Notes: generated by a model not told the origin, from the sequence alone. Positions 42,303 through 53,311 are shown, counted from the stretch's first letter. The stretch is 64,000 nt of DNA from an uncultured Candidatus Rokubacteria bacterium (GCA_963708025.1 CAVPSB010000020.1:38275-102274), one strand, 5' to 3'. Made by a program: numbers and translations.

Positions 42303-43472
42303 ATGACGCGCGGTTTCGGGCGATTCTGTCCACCGGAGCGGGAGATCCGGAGCCGTCTCGATCGCGCCCAGGCCGTCCTGCGAGGGGCCAAGCTCGACGG
42401 GCTCCTCGCATTCGCCGGATTCCTCGCGAAGGATGGCCACGTTTGCTACTTCACCAACCACAAGATCACCAACGCGCCCTGGTCCTTCAACGAGCGGAAC
42501 AACGGCTTCGGCTTCGCGGCGGTAGTGCTGCCCCTCGGCGGGAGGCCCATCCTGCTGCCGGGGACCCGGTTCGACCGGAAGGCCGTGTCGCCCCTCATCC
42601 GCGACGTCCGGCCCGGCTTCGATCTGGCCGGGGGGCTGCGCGACGCGCTGCACGACGCCGGGTTCGCGCGGGCCCGGGTCGGGCTGGCCGGGACCGACGT
42701 GATGCCCGTCTACTACGCCGAGCGGCTCCGGCGCGAGTTCCCCGATCTGCGTCTGGAGCCGGCCGACGAGCTGATCGAAGGGCTCCGGATCGTCAAGAGC
42801 CCGCTCGAGATCCGGATCATGGAAGAAGCGGCGCACGTCTGTGATGCCGGCCTCGAGGCCGCTTACCGGGCGGGCCGGGTGGGGGCGACCGAGGTAGAGA
42901 TCGCCAACGCGGCGTATCTGGCCAGCATGAAGGCGGGCGCCGACCGCGTCAACCGGGTCCGGGTCCGGGCGGGGAAGGAGATGGTGGCCTGGGGCCGCTG
43001 GCCGCTCTCGACGGCGAACCGGGTGCGCGCGGGGGACCTCGTCTACATCGACTTCGTGGGCTGGTACAAGAACTACGTGTGGGACGAGGCCCGCTGCTGG
43101 GCGGTGCCGAAGCCCGACGCCTGGCAGCGGGCGCTGCTGGAGGAGGGGGCCCACCTCACCGACCGCATGCGGGAGACCGCCCGCCCCGGCCTGCCGATCG
43201 GCGAATGGGTTGGCGAGACGATCGACTACTTCCAGAAGCGCTCCTTCGGGAAGGCGCTCAGCATCGTGGGGCACGGGGTGGGCATGGAGGTCGTGGAGAA
43301 CCCGTGGTTCGAGCGCGAGGTGACGATGCCGCTCGCCCCCGGCATGGTCTTGTGCCTGGAGTCCGGCTTCGTCGTGAAGGGGAGGGCCTTCGTCCGCGTC
43401 GAGCGCGAGATCGTGATCGAAGAGCGCGGCGCCCGCTTCCTCGGCCGCTTCCGCTCCCGCCTGTGGAGGTGA
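42303..43472 (+). CDS. M24 (Xaa-Pro peptidase/creatinase-like) protein
   Basis: LRIVKSPLEI, YIDF..WDEAR, GHGVGMEVVE, CLESG, VRVE. Confidence 0.88.
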   Translation: MTRGFGRFCPPEREIRSRLDRAQAVLRGAKLDGLLAFAGFLAKDGHVCYFTNHKITNAPWSFNERNNGFGFAAVVLPLGGRPILLPGTRFDRKAVSPLIRDVRPGFDLAGGLRDALHDAGFARARVGLAGTDVMPVYYAERLRREFPDLRLEPADELIEGLRIVKSPLEIRIMEEAAHVCDAGLEAAYRAGRVGATEVEIANAAYLASMKAGADRVNRVRVRAGKEMVAWGRWPLSTANRVRAGDLVYIDFVGWYKNYVWDEARCWAVPKPDAWQRALLEEGAHLTDRMRETARPGLPIGEWVGETIDYFQKRSFGKALSIVGHGVGMEVVENPWFEREVTMPLAPGMVLCLESGFVVKGRAFVRVEREIVIEERGARFLGRFRSRLWR

Positions 43473-43515
43473 TTTCGACGGACCCCCTCGGTGGCGCCGA
43501 AACGGCCGCTCCTCG

Positions 43516-45330
43516 TCAGGTGCGGACCGCACGGCGCCGCAGGTACTCGGTGAGCCCGATCATCAGCGTGACGAACACGAGCAGGCTGGCGGAGACCGCC
43601 GCCAGCGTGGGCGTCACCTTGAAGAGGGCCTCGTCCCACATCTGCTTCGGCAGGGTCGTCGCGAGCCCGCCGGTGACGAACAGCGCGATCGTCAGCTCGT
43701 CGAACGACGTGATGAAAGCGAAGAGAAAGGCCGCGATCAGCCCGGCGCGAATCAGGGGGAACGTGATGTGCCAGAGCGTGCGGAGCCGGCTGGCGCCGAG
43801 GCTCGACGCCGCCTGGTCGAGCCGCTCGTCGTACGTCTTGAGGACGGCCATGACGGTGACGACGACGTAGGGGATCGCCAGGACGGTATGCCCGAGAACG
43901 AGGCCGAGCGGGGTCCCGATCAGCCCGACCCGGGCGTAGAGGTAGAAGAGGGCGACCGCGATGATCATCCGCGGGATGATCAGGGGCGAGAGGATGAAGG
44001 CCAGTGCCGCCGTCCGGGCGCGGAGCTCTCGGCGGGCCAGGACGAAGGCGGCCGGGGTGCCGACCAGCATCGCGAGGGTCGCGGTGGCCACGCCGACCCC
44101 GAGCGACCGGATGGTCGCGCCCACCCACTGCTGGGAGGCGAGGTAGATCCGGTACCACTTGAGCGTGAAGCCCTTGGGCGGCCACTCGATGAAAGACTCG
44201 GTCGTGAACGAGACCGGCACGATGAAGAAGGCCGGCACCGCCAGGAAGGCGATGATCAGGAGCCCGACCGCCCACTGGACCCCGCGGCCCCAGTTCCGCG
44301 CCGGACGGTCCGCGCGGAGCGGGACGACGCGGTCGCCGACCTCGGCGAGGCGATCGGTGGCCCAGCCGAGCGCGGCGATCGCCCCGCGGCCGGCCCAGCC
44401 CGCCAGCCGCTCGATCGGGTTCACGCGACCGGCCCGACGCTCAGCCGAGGCGCCGCCGGCGAGGGTCGACATCCCCAGGGCACGGTCGTAGAGGTAGAAG
44501 ACCAGGATGGCCGAGCCCAGGAGCAGGAGCGAGATGGCGCCGGCGAACGCCCAGTTCAGGAGGTCCTGCACCTGCTCGATGATCACCTGCGTGATCATGA
44601 TCTCCCGCCGCCCGCCGAGGAGCGCCGGCGTGATGAAGAACCCCATGGCGGTGATGAACACGAGGAGGCCGGCCGCCGCCACCCCCGGCAGCGAGAGCGG
44701 GAAGTAGATCCGCCAGAACGCCTGGCCGCCGCGGGCGCCGAGCGTCGAGGCCGCCCGGGGCAGGTTGGCGTCGATGTTCTCCATCACCGCCACCATGGTG
44801 AGGATGCCCAGCGGCATCAGCGCGTGCGTCATCCCGATCATGACGCCGGTGAAGTTGTAAATCAGCTCGGCCGGCGCGTCGCTCACGCCGAGCGCCCGGA
44901 GCAGGCCGTTCACCGCCCCGTTGCGGCCGAGCAGGACGATCCAGGCGAAGGTGCGGACGAGGAAGCTGGTCCAGAAGGGGAGCAGGATCAGGAGGGTCAA
45001 GTTGCTGCGCCACCGCGGCCTGGTCGTCGCCAGGAGGTAGGCGACCGGGTAGCCGCCCAGGATGCAGAGGAGCGTGGTCCAGGCCGCGATCTTGAGCGTG
45101 ATCAGCAGGACCTGCACGTACACGGGCGACGCGAACAACCGCGCGTAGTGGACGCCGGTCAGCGCGCCGCTCCGGTCCACGACGCTCAACCAGAGGAGCT
45201 GGCCCACCGGGTAGACGAAGACGAGGCCGAGGAAGACGAGGGCGGGCAGGAGCGGCCACGAGGCGAGCCATGCCCGCGGGCGCCCGGGCGCCGTCCGGGG
45301 GAGCACCGCTTCGCCGACGGCCCCGATCAC
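43516..45330 (-). CDS. Fused double ABC permease (PotB+PotC-like)
   Basis: PFWTSFLVRTFAW, RAASTLGA, QAASSLGA, SFDEL; two TM modules in one frame. Confidence 0.9.
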   Translation of the reverse strand: MIGAVGEAVLPRTAPGRPRAWLASWPLLPALVFLGLVFVYPVGQLLWLSVVDRSGALTGVHYARLFASPVYVQVLLITLKIAAWTTLLCILGGYPVAYLLATTRPRWRSNLTLLILLPFWTSFLVRTFAWIVLLGRNGAVNGLLRALGVSDAPAELIYNFTGVMIGMTHALMPLGILTMVAVMENIDANLPRAASTLGARGGQAFWRIYFPLSLPGVAAAGLLVFITAMGFFITPALLGGRREIMITQVIIEQVQDLLNWAFAGAISLLLLGSAILVFYLYDRALGMSTLAGGASAERRAGRVNPIERLAGWAGRGAIAALGWATDRLAEVGDRVVPLRADRPARNWGRGVQWAVGLLIIAFLAVPAFFIVPVSFTTESFIEWPPKGFTLKWYRIYLASQQWVGATIRSLGVGVATATLAMLVGTPAAFVLARRELRARTAALAFILSPLIIPRMIIAVALFYLYARVGLIGTPLGLVLGHTVLAIPYVVVTVMAVLKTYDERLDQAASSLGASRLRTLWHITFPLIRAGLIAAFLFAFITSFDELTIALFVTGGLATTLPKQMWDEALFKVTPTLAAVSASLLVFVTLMIGLTEYLRRRAVRT

Positions 45331-46430
45331 CCGCCGGGCCCCGGCGCGTCGGGCAGCACCACCGTGCTCTCGATCGACCAGCCGACCCGGACCTTGCCCT
45401 CGGGCGAGATCGAGCCCGGCGGCCCGGCGGTGAGCCGGGTGGCCGAGACTGTCCGCCCGTCGGCGAGCGTCACGTAGGACTTCGTCACGCCTCCGACCAG
45501 GATCACCTCCCGGAGCACCCCGTCGAGGACGTTGGGGGCGTCGTCGCCGGGGCCGAGGAGGGCGAGGCGCTCCGGCCGCACCATGAGCTTCACCCGGTCC
45601 CTCGGGCGCAGGCCGGGCGCGGCGGGGGCGCGGAACGTGCCGCCGGGCACGCCGTGCAGGAGGACGACCTCCCCGTCGGTCCCGGCGACCGTCGCCTCCA
45701 GGATGTTCGACTCGCCGAGGAAGTCGGCGGCGAAGACGGTGCGCGGCCGGAAGTACAGCTCCGACGGCGCCCCGATCTGCTCGATGCGACCCTCGTTCAT
45801 CAGGCAGATCCGGTCCGACATGATCATCGCCTCTTCCTGGTCGTGCGTGACGTAGAGGACCGTGATGCCGAGCTGGGTGTGGAGGTGCTTGATCTCGAGC
45901 TGCATCTGGTCCCGCAGCTTCTTGTCGAGCGCCCCCAGCGGCTCGTCCATCAGGACGATGGACGGCTGGTAGACGACACAGCGGGCGAGGGCCACCCGCT
46001 GCTGCTGGCCGCCCGAGAGCGCCCGCGGCAGCCGCTGGCCGACGTCGGGGAGGCGCACGACCTCGAGCACCCGCTGGACCTCGCGCGCCATCGTCGCCTC
46101 GGGCACCCGCCGCATCCGGAGCGGGAAGGCGATGTTCTCGAACACGGTCAGGTGCGGGAACAGGGCGTAGTTCTGGAATACCATGCCGATGTCGCGCTTG
46201 AAACTCGGAACGTAGGTCGCCAGCCGCCCGTCGATCCAGACCTCGCCCGAATCCGGCTGGATCAGGCCGGCGACCATCATGAGGAGCGTCGTCTTGCCCG
46301 ACCCCGACGGACCGAGGAGCGTCAGGAACTCCCCCTCGCGCATGTCGAGGTCGGCCTGCGCCACCGCGACGACGGGGCCGTAGGTCTTGCGGAGGTTCCG
46401 GATCTCGAGCTTGTGCCGCGCCTCGGTCAC
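45327..46430 (-). CDS. ABC ATP-binding protein (PotA-like)
   Basis: GPSGSGKT, LSGGQQQR, LMDEP, TOBE tail. Confidence 0.95.
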   Translation of the reverse strand: MTEARHKLEIRNLRKTYGPVVAVAQADLDMREGEFLTLLGPSGSGKTTLLMMVAGLIQPDSGEVWIDGRLATYVPSFKRDIGMVFQNYALFPHLTVFENIAFPLRMRRVPEATMAREVQRVLEVVRLPDVGQRLPRALSGGQQQRVALARCVVYQPSIVLMDEPLGALDKKLRDQMQLEIKHLHTQLGITVLYVTHDQEEAMIMSDRICLMNEGRIEQIGAPSELYFRPRTVFAADFLGESNILEATVAGTDGEVVLLHGVPGGTFRAPAAPGLRPRDRVKLMVRPERLALLGPGDDAPNVLDGVLREVILVGGVTKSYVTLADGRTVSATRLTAGPPGSISPEGKVRVGWSIESTVVLPDAPGPGG

Positions 46431-46512
46431 GCCGGCTCGGGCCCTCGGGAAGGCCGCCGCGCGGGCCCACGGGGTGGGGTCCCGCGCGACGGCCGGTGAG
46501 GGGAGCGGGAGG

Positions 46513-47605
46513 TCAGGAGATCAGCCAGGCGTTGAAGCGCTCGGTGATCTTGTCCTTGTTGCTCCCCCAGTACTCGTAGTCGACCTTGATCGACCTCGCG
46601 TAGTTCTCGGGGTGTGTCGGCAGGATCAAGGCGCGCTTCTGATCGACGTACCGGTAGGCGTTGGGGTTGGTCGGGCCGTAGGAGAGGTGCGGCGTGTAGG
46701 CCGCCTGGCGCTTGGCATTGACCGCGAACTTGATGAACTCGCGGCAGAGGTCGGCGTTCGGGGTCCCGCGCGAGGATCGACCAGCCCTCGACCGCCCACA
46801 GCCCCTGATCCCAGGCCATGGCGGCCGGCGCCCCGTCGTCGATGGCGGCCTGGGCGCGGGCGTTCCAGGTCGGGATCATGTCGACCTCGCCCGACTTCAG
46901 CATCTGGGAGGTCTGGGCGCCGCCGGTCCACCAGACCGCGACGTTCTTCTTGATCTTGTCGAGGCTCCGGAACGCCCGGTCGACGTCGCAGGGGTAGAGC
47001 TTGTCCTTCGGGACGCCGTCGGCCAGCAGCGCCTCCTCCGTCGTGTCGAACGGGTGCTTCCGGATCGCCCGGCGGCCCGGGACCCCGGCCACGTCCCACA
47101 GGTCCTTCCACGAGGTCGGCGGTTTCCGACCCTTGAACGCGTCGGTGCGGTAGGCCAGGAGCGCCGTGTAGACGTCGTTGCCGTAGCAGTAGGGCGTCCG
47201 GAACTCCGCGCGAATCTCGGTGACGTCCGGGTGGCTGTCGAGGCCGATCTTCTCGATGTACTCGCCTTCCTTGACGAGCTGGTCGGCAGCCGCCTGGCTC
47301 AGGAGGGCCATGTCCCAGGTGTAGGTCTTCGTGTCGACCATGCTCTTGATCTGGCTGGTCGGCTCGTGGGCGGAGGCGACGCCCACCGCCTCGATCCCGG
47401 TCGCCGCCTGGAAGGGCTTGTAGAACGCCTCGGCGAAGGCCACGGTGAACGGGCCGCCCGGATCGCGGATGACGATCCGCTTGCCCTGAGCGCTGGCCTT
47501 CCGCCAGACCCACGGAGCCCCGAGCACGACCCCGCCCGCCATCGCGCCCTTGAGCGCGGTGCGTCGCGAGATGTCCGGTTGCCTGGCCTGATCTCTGTTC
47601 GCCAT
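46513..47605 (-). CDS. Tat-exported ABC substrate-binding protein (PotD-like; frameshift near 46770)
   Basis: SRRTALKG Tat motif; PTSWKDLWD...LLADGV...SGEVDM; C-terminus ERFNAWLIS* in another frame. Confidence 0.88.
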
Positions 47606-47732
47606 CTGGGCCTCCCTTCGTGACTTGCGCCGTTCCGGCGCACCTGGTGGCCGCACCAGGAGGGTTGCCGAACAGGGGCACGCCCCGGGTGGAAAACCGG
47701 GCGACGGTCGAACGGACCTCTTGGGGATACGT

Positions 47733-47762
47733 ATTATAGTCCAGCCGCTGGCGCGCCGTCAC
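47733..47762 (-). promoter_or_regulatory. Possible sigma70 promoter of the ABC operon
   Basis: GTGACG-N18-TATAAT on the minus strand. Confidence 0.4.
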
Positions 47763-47779
47763 GTCACCGGCTGCTCCGC

Positions 47780-48055
47780 GCCGACGGCGCGGCGGCGGCG
47801 CTTCCCTCCAAGGTCACGAACCTGACCATCGGGGCCGGTGACGTGATCAGCATGGAGACCGCGGGGAGCGGGGGCTACGGGCCGCCGGCCGAGCGCGACC
47901 CGGCGCAGGTGCTCCAGGACGTTCTGGACGGCAAGGTATCGGTCACCCAGGCCCGCGAGGTCTATCGTGTCCTGGTGGACCTCGCGCAGGGGCGGATCGA
48001 CGCCGAGGCGACCGCCGCGCTCCGGGCGGTCAGCCCTCCTCGCGGGGGCGGCTGA
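47780..48055 (+). pseudogene. C-terminal remnant of hydantoinase B/oxoprolinase
   Basis: LPSKVTNLTIGAGDVISMETAGSGGYGPPAERDPAQVLQDVLDGKVS..AREVY. Confidence 0.75.
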
Positions 48056-49196
48056 ACACCAGCGCCTCGCTGAGCCACTCGCCGCGGGCGAAGCGGTCGA
48101 GCCCGAGCGGCGTGATGTCCACGCTCCGGGCCTCGCCGTCCAGGATCAGCTCGGCCATCACCTGGCCGGTGGCGGGGCTGTGCATGAAGCCGTGGCCGCT
48201 GAAGCCGGCGGCGACGTAGACGCGCTCGATGCCAGGGACGTGCCCGAGGATCGCGTTGCCGTCCGGCGTCATGTCGAGGGACCCCGCCCACGCACGGGTG
48301 AAGGCGGCGTTGGCGAGAGGCGGCATGCGCTGGAGCGCCAGCCCGGCCGAGGGCACGAGGTTCGCCCAGTCGACGTGGGTGTCGAAGCTGGTTCCCGGCC
48401 CCAGCCCGCCCGCCATCAGCACGCCCGGACCTTCTCGGCGGCAGTACCACTTGCGGTCGGGCTCGATCACCATCGGGGTCCCCGGCGGATGGTCGGGGAG
48501 CGCCTCGCTCACGAATACCTCGCGCTTGATCGGGCGGACCGGCAGCTCCACGCCCAGGAGCTCTCCGATCTGCCCGGACCACGCCCCTGCGGCGACGACC
48601 AGGGCGCCCGGTACCCAGACCCCCGCGCTCGTCTGGACCTCCGTCACCCGCCCCTCCTCCACGCGGATCCCGGTGACCCGGCAGCCTTCCAGCACCCGCG
48701 CCTCCAGCTCCCGTGCCCGCCGCGCGAACGCCGCGGTGACCTCCGCCGGCCCCGCCACCCCATCCGTCGGGCAGAAGGTCCCGCCGACGAGGTCGTCCAC
48801 TCGGAGCCAGGGATGGATCGTCGCGACTTCGTCCGGCGTCACCGCGCGCACCTTCACGCCGAGGCCCCGCTGCATCGCGACGTTCTGCTCGAACGCCGCC
48901 ATCTCGTCGGGACGCGTGGTGACGAGGAGGTAGCCGCACCGCTGGAAGTCCGGGTCAACGCCCATCTCCGCCTGGAAGCGCGCGAAGGCCTCGAGACTCA
49001 GGAGACTCAGCCGGACGCAGACCGGGGTGGAGAACTGCTGGCGGATGCCGCCCGCCGCCTTCCCCGACGACCCGGATCCCACCGCCGCCTGCTCGAGCAC
49101 GGTGACGTCGCGGACGCCGCGTCGCGCGAGGTGGTAGGCGATGCTGCAGCCGACCACGCCGCCACCGATGATCAGGACTTCGACCGCTCGTCGCAT
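48030..49196 (-). CDS. FAD-dependent oxidoreductase (sarcosine oxidase beta/DAO family)
   Basis: IIGGGVVG, SSGKAAGGIRQQF, TPDGNAILG, GFSGHGFM. Confidence 0.92.
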   Translation of the reverse strand: MRRAVEVLIIGGGVVGCSIAYHLARRGVRDVTVLEQAAVGSGSSGKAAGGIRQQFSTPVCVRLSLLSLEAFARFQAEMGVDPDFQRCGYLLVTTRPDEMAAFEQNVAMQRGLGVKVRAVTPDEVATIHPWLRVDDLVGGTFCPTDGVAGPAEVTAAFARRARELEARVLEGCRVTGIRVEEGRVTEVQTSAGVWVPGALVVAAGAWSGQIGELLGVELPVRPIKREVFVSEALPDHPPGTPMVIEPDRKWYCRREGPGVLMAGGLGPGTSFDTHVDWANLVPSAGLALQRMPPLANAAFTRAWAGSLDMTPDGNAILGHVPGIERVYVAAGFSGHGFMHSPATGQVMAELILDGEARSVDITPLGLDRFARGEWLSEALVFSRPREEG

Positions 49197-49310
49197 CGTC
49201 GCGTTCCCCTACTCGGTCTGGGGGGGCCTCGCCCGGGCGGGCGCGACCGGCGCCGCGTCAGCAGCCCACGCCCCGTGGTCCTCGGGCATCAGGCGCCCTC
49301 GTCTCATCGC

Positions 49311-50543
49311 TCAGACCTCCGCCAGGATCTCCTTGACCACGCGGTGGGCGGAGCGGATCGCGCCCTCCATGCCCCCCGGGCCGACCCGGTCGTCGGTGTG
49401 CTCGCCAGCGAAGAAGACGCGGCCGTCGAGCGGCGCCGCGATCGCCGGCAGGACCGTCGCTCGCTGGTCGCCGATCGGCGCCCGCACCACCGCCCGCGAC
49501 CACTCGTCATGCGTCCAGCTCTTGACGTAGCCGAAGATCCTCGTCACCGGTCGTCCCGCCAGCGAGGCGACGATCGCGTCCATCCGCTCCAGGATGCCTT
49601 CCTCGGTCTCCAGATGGGGCTCCACGTCACCGGCGGCGAGGCCCGTGAGCACGATCGCGCGGCCGGGAAGGTGCAGGGACTGGTTCATGATGAACCCGGG
49701 CATCCCGTCCGTGAAGCAGCCCGGCCCCAGCGCCTGAGCGATGAGGTCCCGCTCGGCATACTGGACGACGATGCGGAGCGCCGAGCCATAGCGCAAGGCC
49801 AGGTGCGCCTTCACCTTCTCGGCCGGCAGGGACGGGTCGAAGCCGAGCGCGAGCGTGAGGGGGCCGGGCACCGTCACCAGCACGCGGTCGCCCGCGAAGC
49901 TCTCGGATTCGGTCTCCACGACGACCTGGCGTCCAGCCCAGCCGATGACCCGGGCCGGACGCCGCAGGCGCACGTCCACGTGCTTCGCCAGCGTGCGCGG
50001 CAAGGTGTCGTTGCCGCCGACGATCTTGCGGAGGGCCTGGCCCCAGGTCAGCTCCACGTTCAGCTCCTGGGCATCGGCCAGACGTGTCGCCGCCGCCGGC
50101 GTGGACTGGGTGATCGCCTGTAGCAGGAGTTCCGCCTGCTGCGAGACCCGCGCCCGTCGGGCCCACATGGCGACGGTCTCGTAGGCGGCTGGCCGCGTCC
50201 GCGACACCGCATCCCTCAGCTCCTGGGTGATCTCCGCGCTCGCCCCCGTGCTCAGCTTCTGACCCCTGAAGAAGAGGTCGGGCGTCCGCGTGCCGAAGTT
50301 GAAGTCGGCGCTGAGCTCGACGCCGAACTGCTCGCACAGTGCGGCGATGTTGCGCTGGCCGTGGTAGATGATCTCCGCGCCCACATCGGCAAACTGGCCG
50401 TCCTCCATGCCCTCGCGCAGCGTGAAGACGCGGCCGCCGACCCGGTCGCGGGCCTCGATCACCACGACGTCGTGGCCGGCCTGCTGGACCTCGTTGGCGG
50501 CGACCAAGCCGGAAAGGCCGGCGCCCACGACGAGAAGCTTCAT
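49311..50543 (-). CDS. Flavin monoamine oxidase family protein
   Basis: VVGAGLSGL, EARDRVGGR, FFAGEHT, MEGAIRSA; RBS AAGGAG. Confidence 0.92.
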   Translation of the reverse strand: MKLLVVGAGLSGLVAANEVQQAGHDVVVIEARDRVGGRVFTLREGMEDGQFADVGAEIIYHGQRNIAALCEQFGVELSADFNFGTRTPDLFFRGQKLSTGASAEITQELRDAVSRTRPAAYETVAMWARRARVSQQAELLLQAITQSTPAAATRLADAQELNVELTWGQALRKIVGGNDTLPRTLAKHVDVRLRRPARVIGWAGRQVVVETESESFAGDRVLVTVPGPLTLALGFDPSLPAEKVKAHLALRYGSALRIVVQYAERDLIAQALGPGCFTDGMPGFIMNQSLHLPGRAIVLTGLAAGDVEPHLETEEGILERMDAIVASLAGRPVTRIFGYVKSWTHDEWSRAVVRAPIGDQRATVLPAIAAPLDGRVFFAGEHTDDRVGPGGMEGAIRSAHRVVKEILAEV

Positions 50544-50707
50544 GTCATCACTCCTTGCTGGCGACCGTCCGCTCTCCGCCTGCGCGAGGGACCGCCAGGG
50601 GTTGCCAGGAGTTGCCAGGAGTTGAAGAATAGCCCACACCGGGTAGACGGCGCCACCGGCCGAACCCGCAAGGCCCAGGCTGGGGCGCGGGCGGACGGGA
50701 ATCCGCC

Positions 50708-50945
50708 GTGACCAACGCCTGGCCCCGGGGCGCCGCCGACGTCCTGCGTCGGGTGATCCACGCCCTCGGCGACTACGGGCAGGTGTCGGTCCGGGCGGCC
50801 CGGGGGCACCTGACCATCTTCGTGGACGCAGGCGTCCCGCTCGCCGGGTCACCCCGCTTGGAGCGGGGAATTCGGTCCGACCTTCCGCACTCATAGCGGA
50901 CCGATGGGAGCCGATGCCAGTGGTCGCTGATCTCACGCAACCGGC
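50708..50945 (+). pseudogene. Frameshifted small hypothetical gene
   Basis: VSVRAARGHLTIF... continues in another frame as FRTHSGRWEPMPV-like; protein-like but unassigned. Confidence 0.3.
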
Positions 50946-51100
50946 CCGCGATCGGTCGGAGTCCTTGGTCCCTCCCTCGTCACGGCGGCCTCGAGCCCTC
51001 TCGCCGGCATCTTTCGGGTCACTGGCGCCTCGGCAGCACGGAACCGAAGCGCCGAGTTGTTTCTCCGTTCGCGTCGTGGGCGGTAGAATAGGGTTGTCAC

Positions 51101-53311
51101 GTGAGCTCCGACGAGGCCCGCTCAAGCCGCTTCTCTGCCGATCCTGTACTGCCTGCCCGTATTGGCCGGCTGACCGATCTGGCGTACGACCTCTGGTGGA
51201 CGTGGCACCGAGAAGCGCGGCACGTCTTCCGGCGCCTCGACTACCCTCTCTGGCGACTCAGCGCGCACAATCCAATCCGGATGCTGCGGACCCTGTCGCC
51301 GGGCCGACTGGCGGAAGCCGCCCGGGATCCCGCGTTCCTGGCCGTGTACGACGCGGTGATCGCAAAGCGAGAGGCCGCGTCGGTCGGGAAGGATCATTGG
51401 TGGGGTGGGCAGTTCACGGATCGCCAGGATGGACTGATCGCCTACTTTTCGGCGGAGTTCGCGGTGCATCAATCCTTGCCCATCTATGCGGGCGGTCTCG
51501 GGGTGCTGGCGGGTGACCACTGTAAGGAAGCCAGCGACCTGGGTCTGCCGTTGGTCGGGGTGGGATTCATGTATCCGCAGGGGTACTTCCATCAGCACAT
51601 GTCGGCCGAGGGACGGCAGGAGGAGGTGTATGAGACGCTGAACTGGGCTGACGCCCCAATCGAGCGGGCGATCACGCCGCAGGGGACACCCTGTGTGGTC
51701 GGAGTGCCCGTTGGTGAGCGGATAGTCCAGGTGCAGGTGTGGCGGGTGCGGTTGGGTCGCGTCACCCTGTATCTGCTCGACACACATCTCGATGACAACG
51801 CCCTCGCGGACCGGGAGCTTTCGGCCCGGCTCTATGGGGGGACGCCGAACACTCGGCTCCAGCAAGAGATCATCCTCGGGGTGGGCGGGGCGCGGGTCCT
51901 GCGAGCGATGGCGGTCAACCCGGCGATCTGGCACCTCAACGAGGGACATTCGGCGTTGGTCGTGGTCGAGCGGCTGCGGGACGCGATGGGGCGTGGCGAG
52001 ACATTCGAAGCCGCCCTCGAGCGGATCCGGCGGACTACCGTCTTTACGACCCACACCCCGGTGCTGGCTGGGCACGATGCGTTTGCGCCATCGCTGGTGG
52101 AGGAGTATCTCGCGGGATGCTGGGACGGACTCGCCGCGTGTCGAGAGGCGATCGTCGCGCTCGGCCGTCATGATGCCGGAGATGAGCCTCGGTTCGACAT
52201 GACCGCCCTGGCGCTGCGCACGGCGGAGCGTGTGAACGGCGTGAGTCACCGGCACGGGGAGGTCTCGCGCCAGATGTGGGCGTCTGCTCGACCCCACGGC
52301 TCTGAGCACGGGCCACCGATTGCTTCGATTACCAATGGTGTACACGTGCCGACGTGGATCGCGCCGGATCTGGCCACCCTCTTCGACCGCCGACTGGGGC
52401 CCGACTGGCACGAGCGGCAGGACGATCCAACGTGCTGGGACCGGCTGGTCGATGTTCCCGACGAGGAGCTGTGGGACGTGCGCCAGGCGCTCCGGCGGTA
52501 CCTGCTTTCGTTCCTGCGGGAGCGTGCCCGGCAGCTGTGGTCCGACGGGCACCTCACGGCGGCCCGGATCGCGGCGGCCGGCGTCCTGCTCGATCTGAGC
52601 GCGCTGACGATCGGCTTTGCCCGACGCTTTACGAGCTACAAGCGGCCCGAGCTGATCTTCCACGACGAGGAGCGACTGCTCCGAATCCTCGGTTCGAGCG
52701 CACGTCCCGTGCAGCTCTTGTTTGCGGGGAAGTCCCATCCGGCGGATCGGGACGGTAAGGAGCAGCTGCACCGAGTGTTCGCCCGCGCACTGAATCCCAG
52801 ATTTGGTGGGCGGATCGCGTTCCTCGAGGACTACGATCTCCACGTCGCCCATTTTCTGGTGCAAGGGTGCGATGTCTGGCTCAATACGCCCCGGGAACCG
52901 CTCGAAGCGAGCGGCACGAGTGGGATGAAAGCCGCGATGAATGGTGTTCCCCACCTCAGTATTGGCGACGGGTGGTGGGCCGAGGGCTACACGGGGTCGA
53001 ACGGCTGGTTGATTCGGGGTGAGGGCGACAGCCGCGACCCGGGCACCGCTGACGCGGCCGATGCCGCGGCGCTGTATCGGCTGCTCGAAGAGTCGGTCGT
53101 CCCGACGTTCTTCGACCGGGATGCTCACGGAGTTCCGCGACGTTGGGTTCGCCTGGTCAAAGAGGCGATCCGGACAACCGTGCCGCGCTTCAGCACCCGA
53201 CGAATGGTGAAGCAGTACGCCGAGGAAACGTACCTGCCGGCGTTTCGGGAAGCCCCGAGGGGAGTGGGGGCCGGCCTCAACGGAGCCACGGCCGCGGACC
53301 ACGAGGATTAG
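51101..53311 (+). CDS. glgP: Alpha-glucan phosphorylase
   Basis: YFSAEF, YAGGLGVLAGD, HLNEGH, TTHTP, EASGTSGMK (PLP Lys), DGWWAEG. Confidence 0.95.
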   Translation: MSSDEARSSRFSADPVLPARIGRLTDLAYDLWWTWHREARHVFRRLDYPLWRLSAHNPIRMLRTLSPGRLAEAARDPAFLAVYDAVIAKREAASVGKDHWWGGQFTDRQDGLIAYFSAEFAVHQSLPIYAGGLGVLAGDHCKEASDLGLPLVGVGFMYPQGYFHQHMSAEGRQEEVYETLNWADAPIERAITPQGTPCVVGVPVGERIVQVQVWRVRLGRVTLYLLDTHLDDNALADRELSARLYGGTPNTRLQQEIILGVGGARVLRAMAVNPAIWHLNEGHSALVVVERLRDAMGRGETFEAALERIRRTTVFTTHTPVLAGHDAFAPSLVEEYLAGCWDGLAACREAIVALGRHDAGDEPRFDMTALALRTAERVNGVSHRHGEVSRQMWASARPHGSEHGPPIASITNGVHVPTWIAPDLATLFDRRLGPDWHERQDDPTCWDRLVDVPDEELWDVRQALRRYLLSFLRERARQLWSDGHLTAARIAAAGVLLDLSALTIGFARRFTSYKRPELIFHDEERLLRILGSSARPVQLLFAGKSHPADRDGKEQLHRVFARALNPRFGGRIAFLEDYDLHVAHFLVQGCDVWLNTPREPLEASGTSGMKAAMNGVPHLSIGDGWWAEGYTGSNGWLIRGEGDSRDPGTADAADAAALYRLLEESVVPTFFDRDAHGVPRRWVRLVKEAIRTTVPRFSTRRMVKQYAEETYLPAFREAPRGVGAGLNGATAADHED

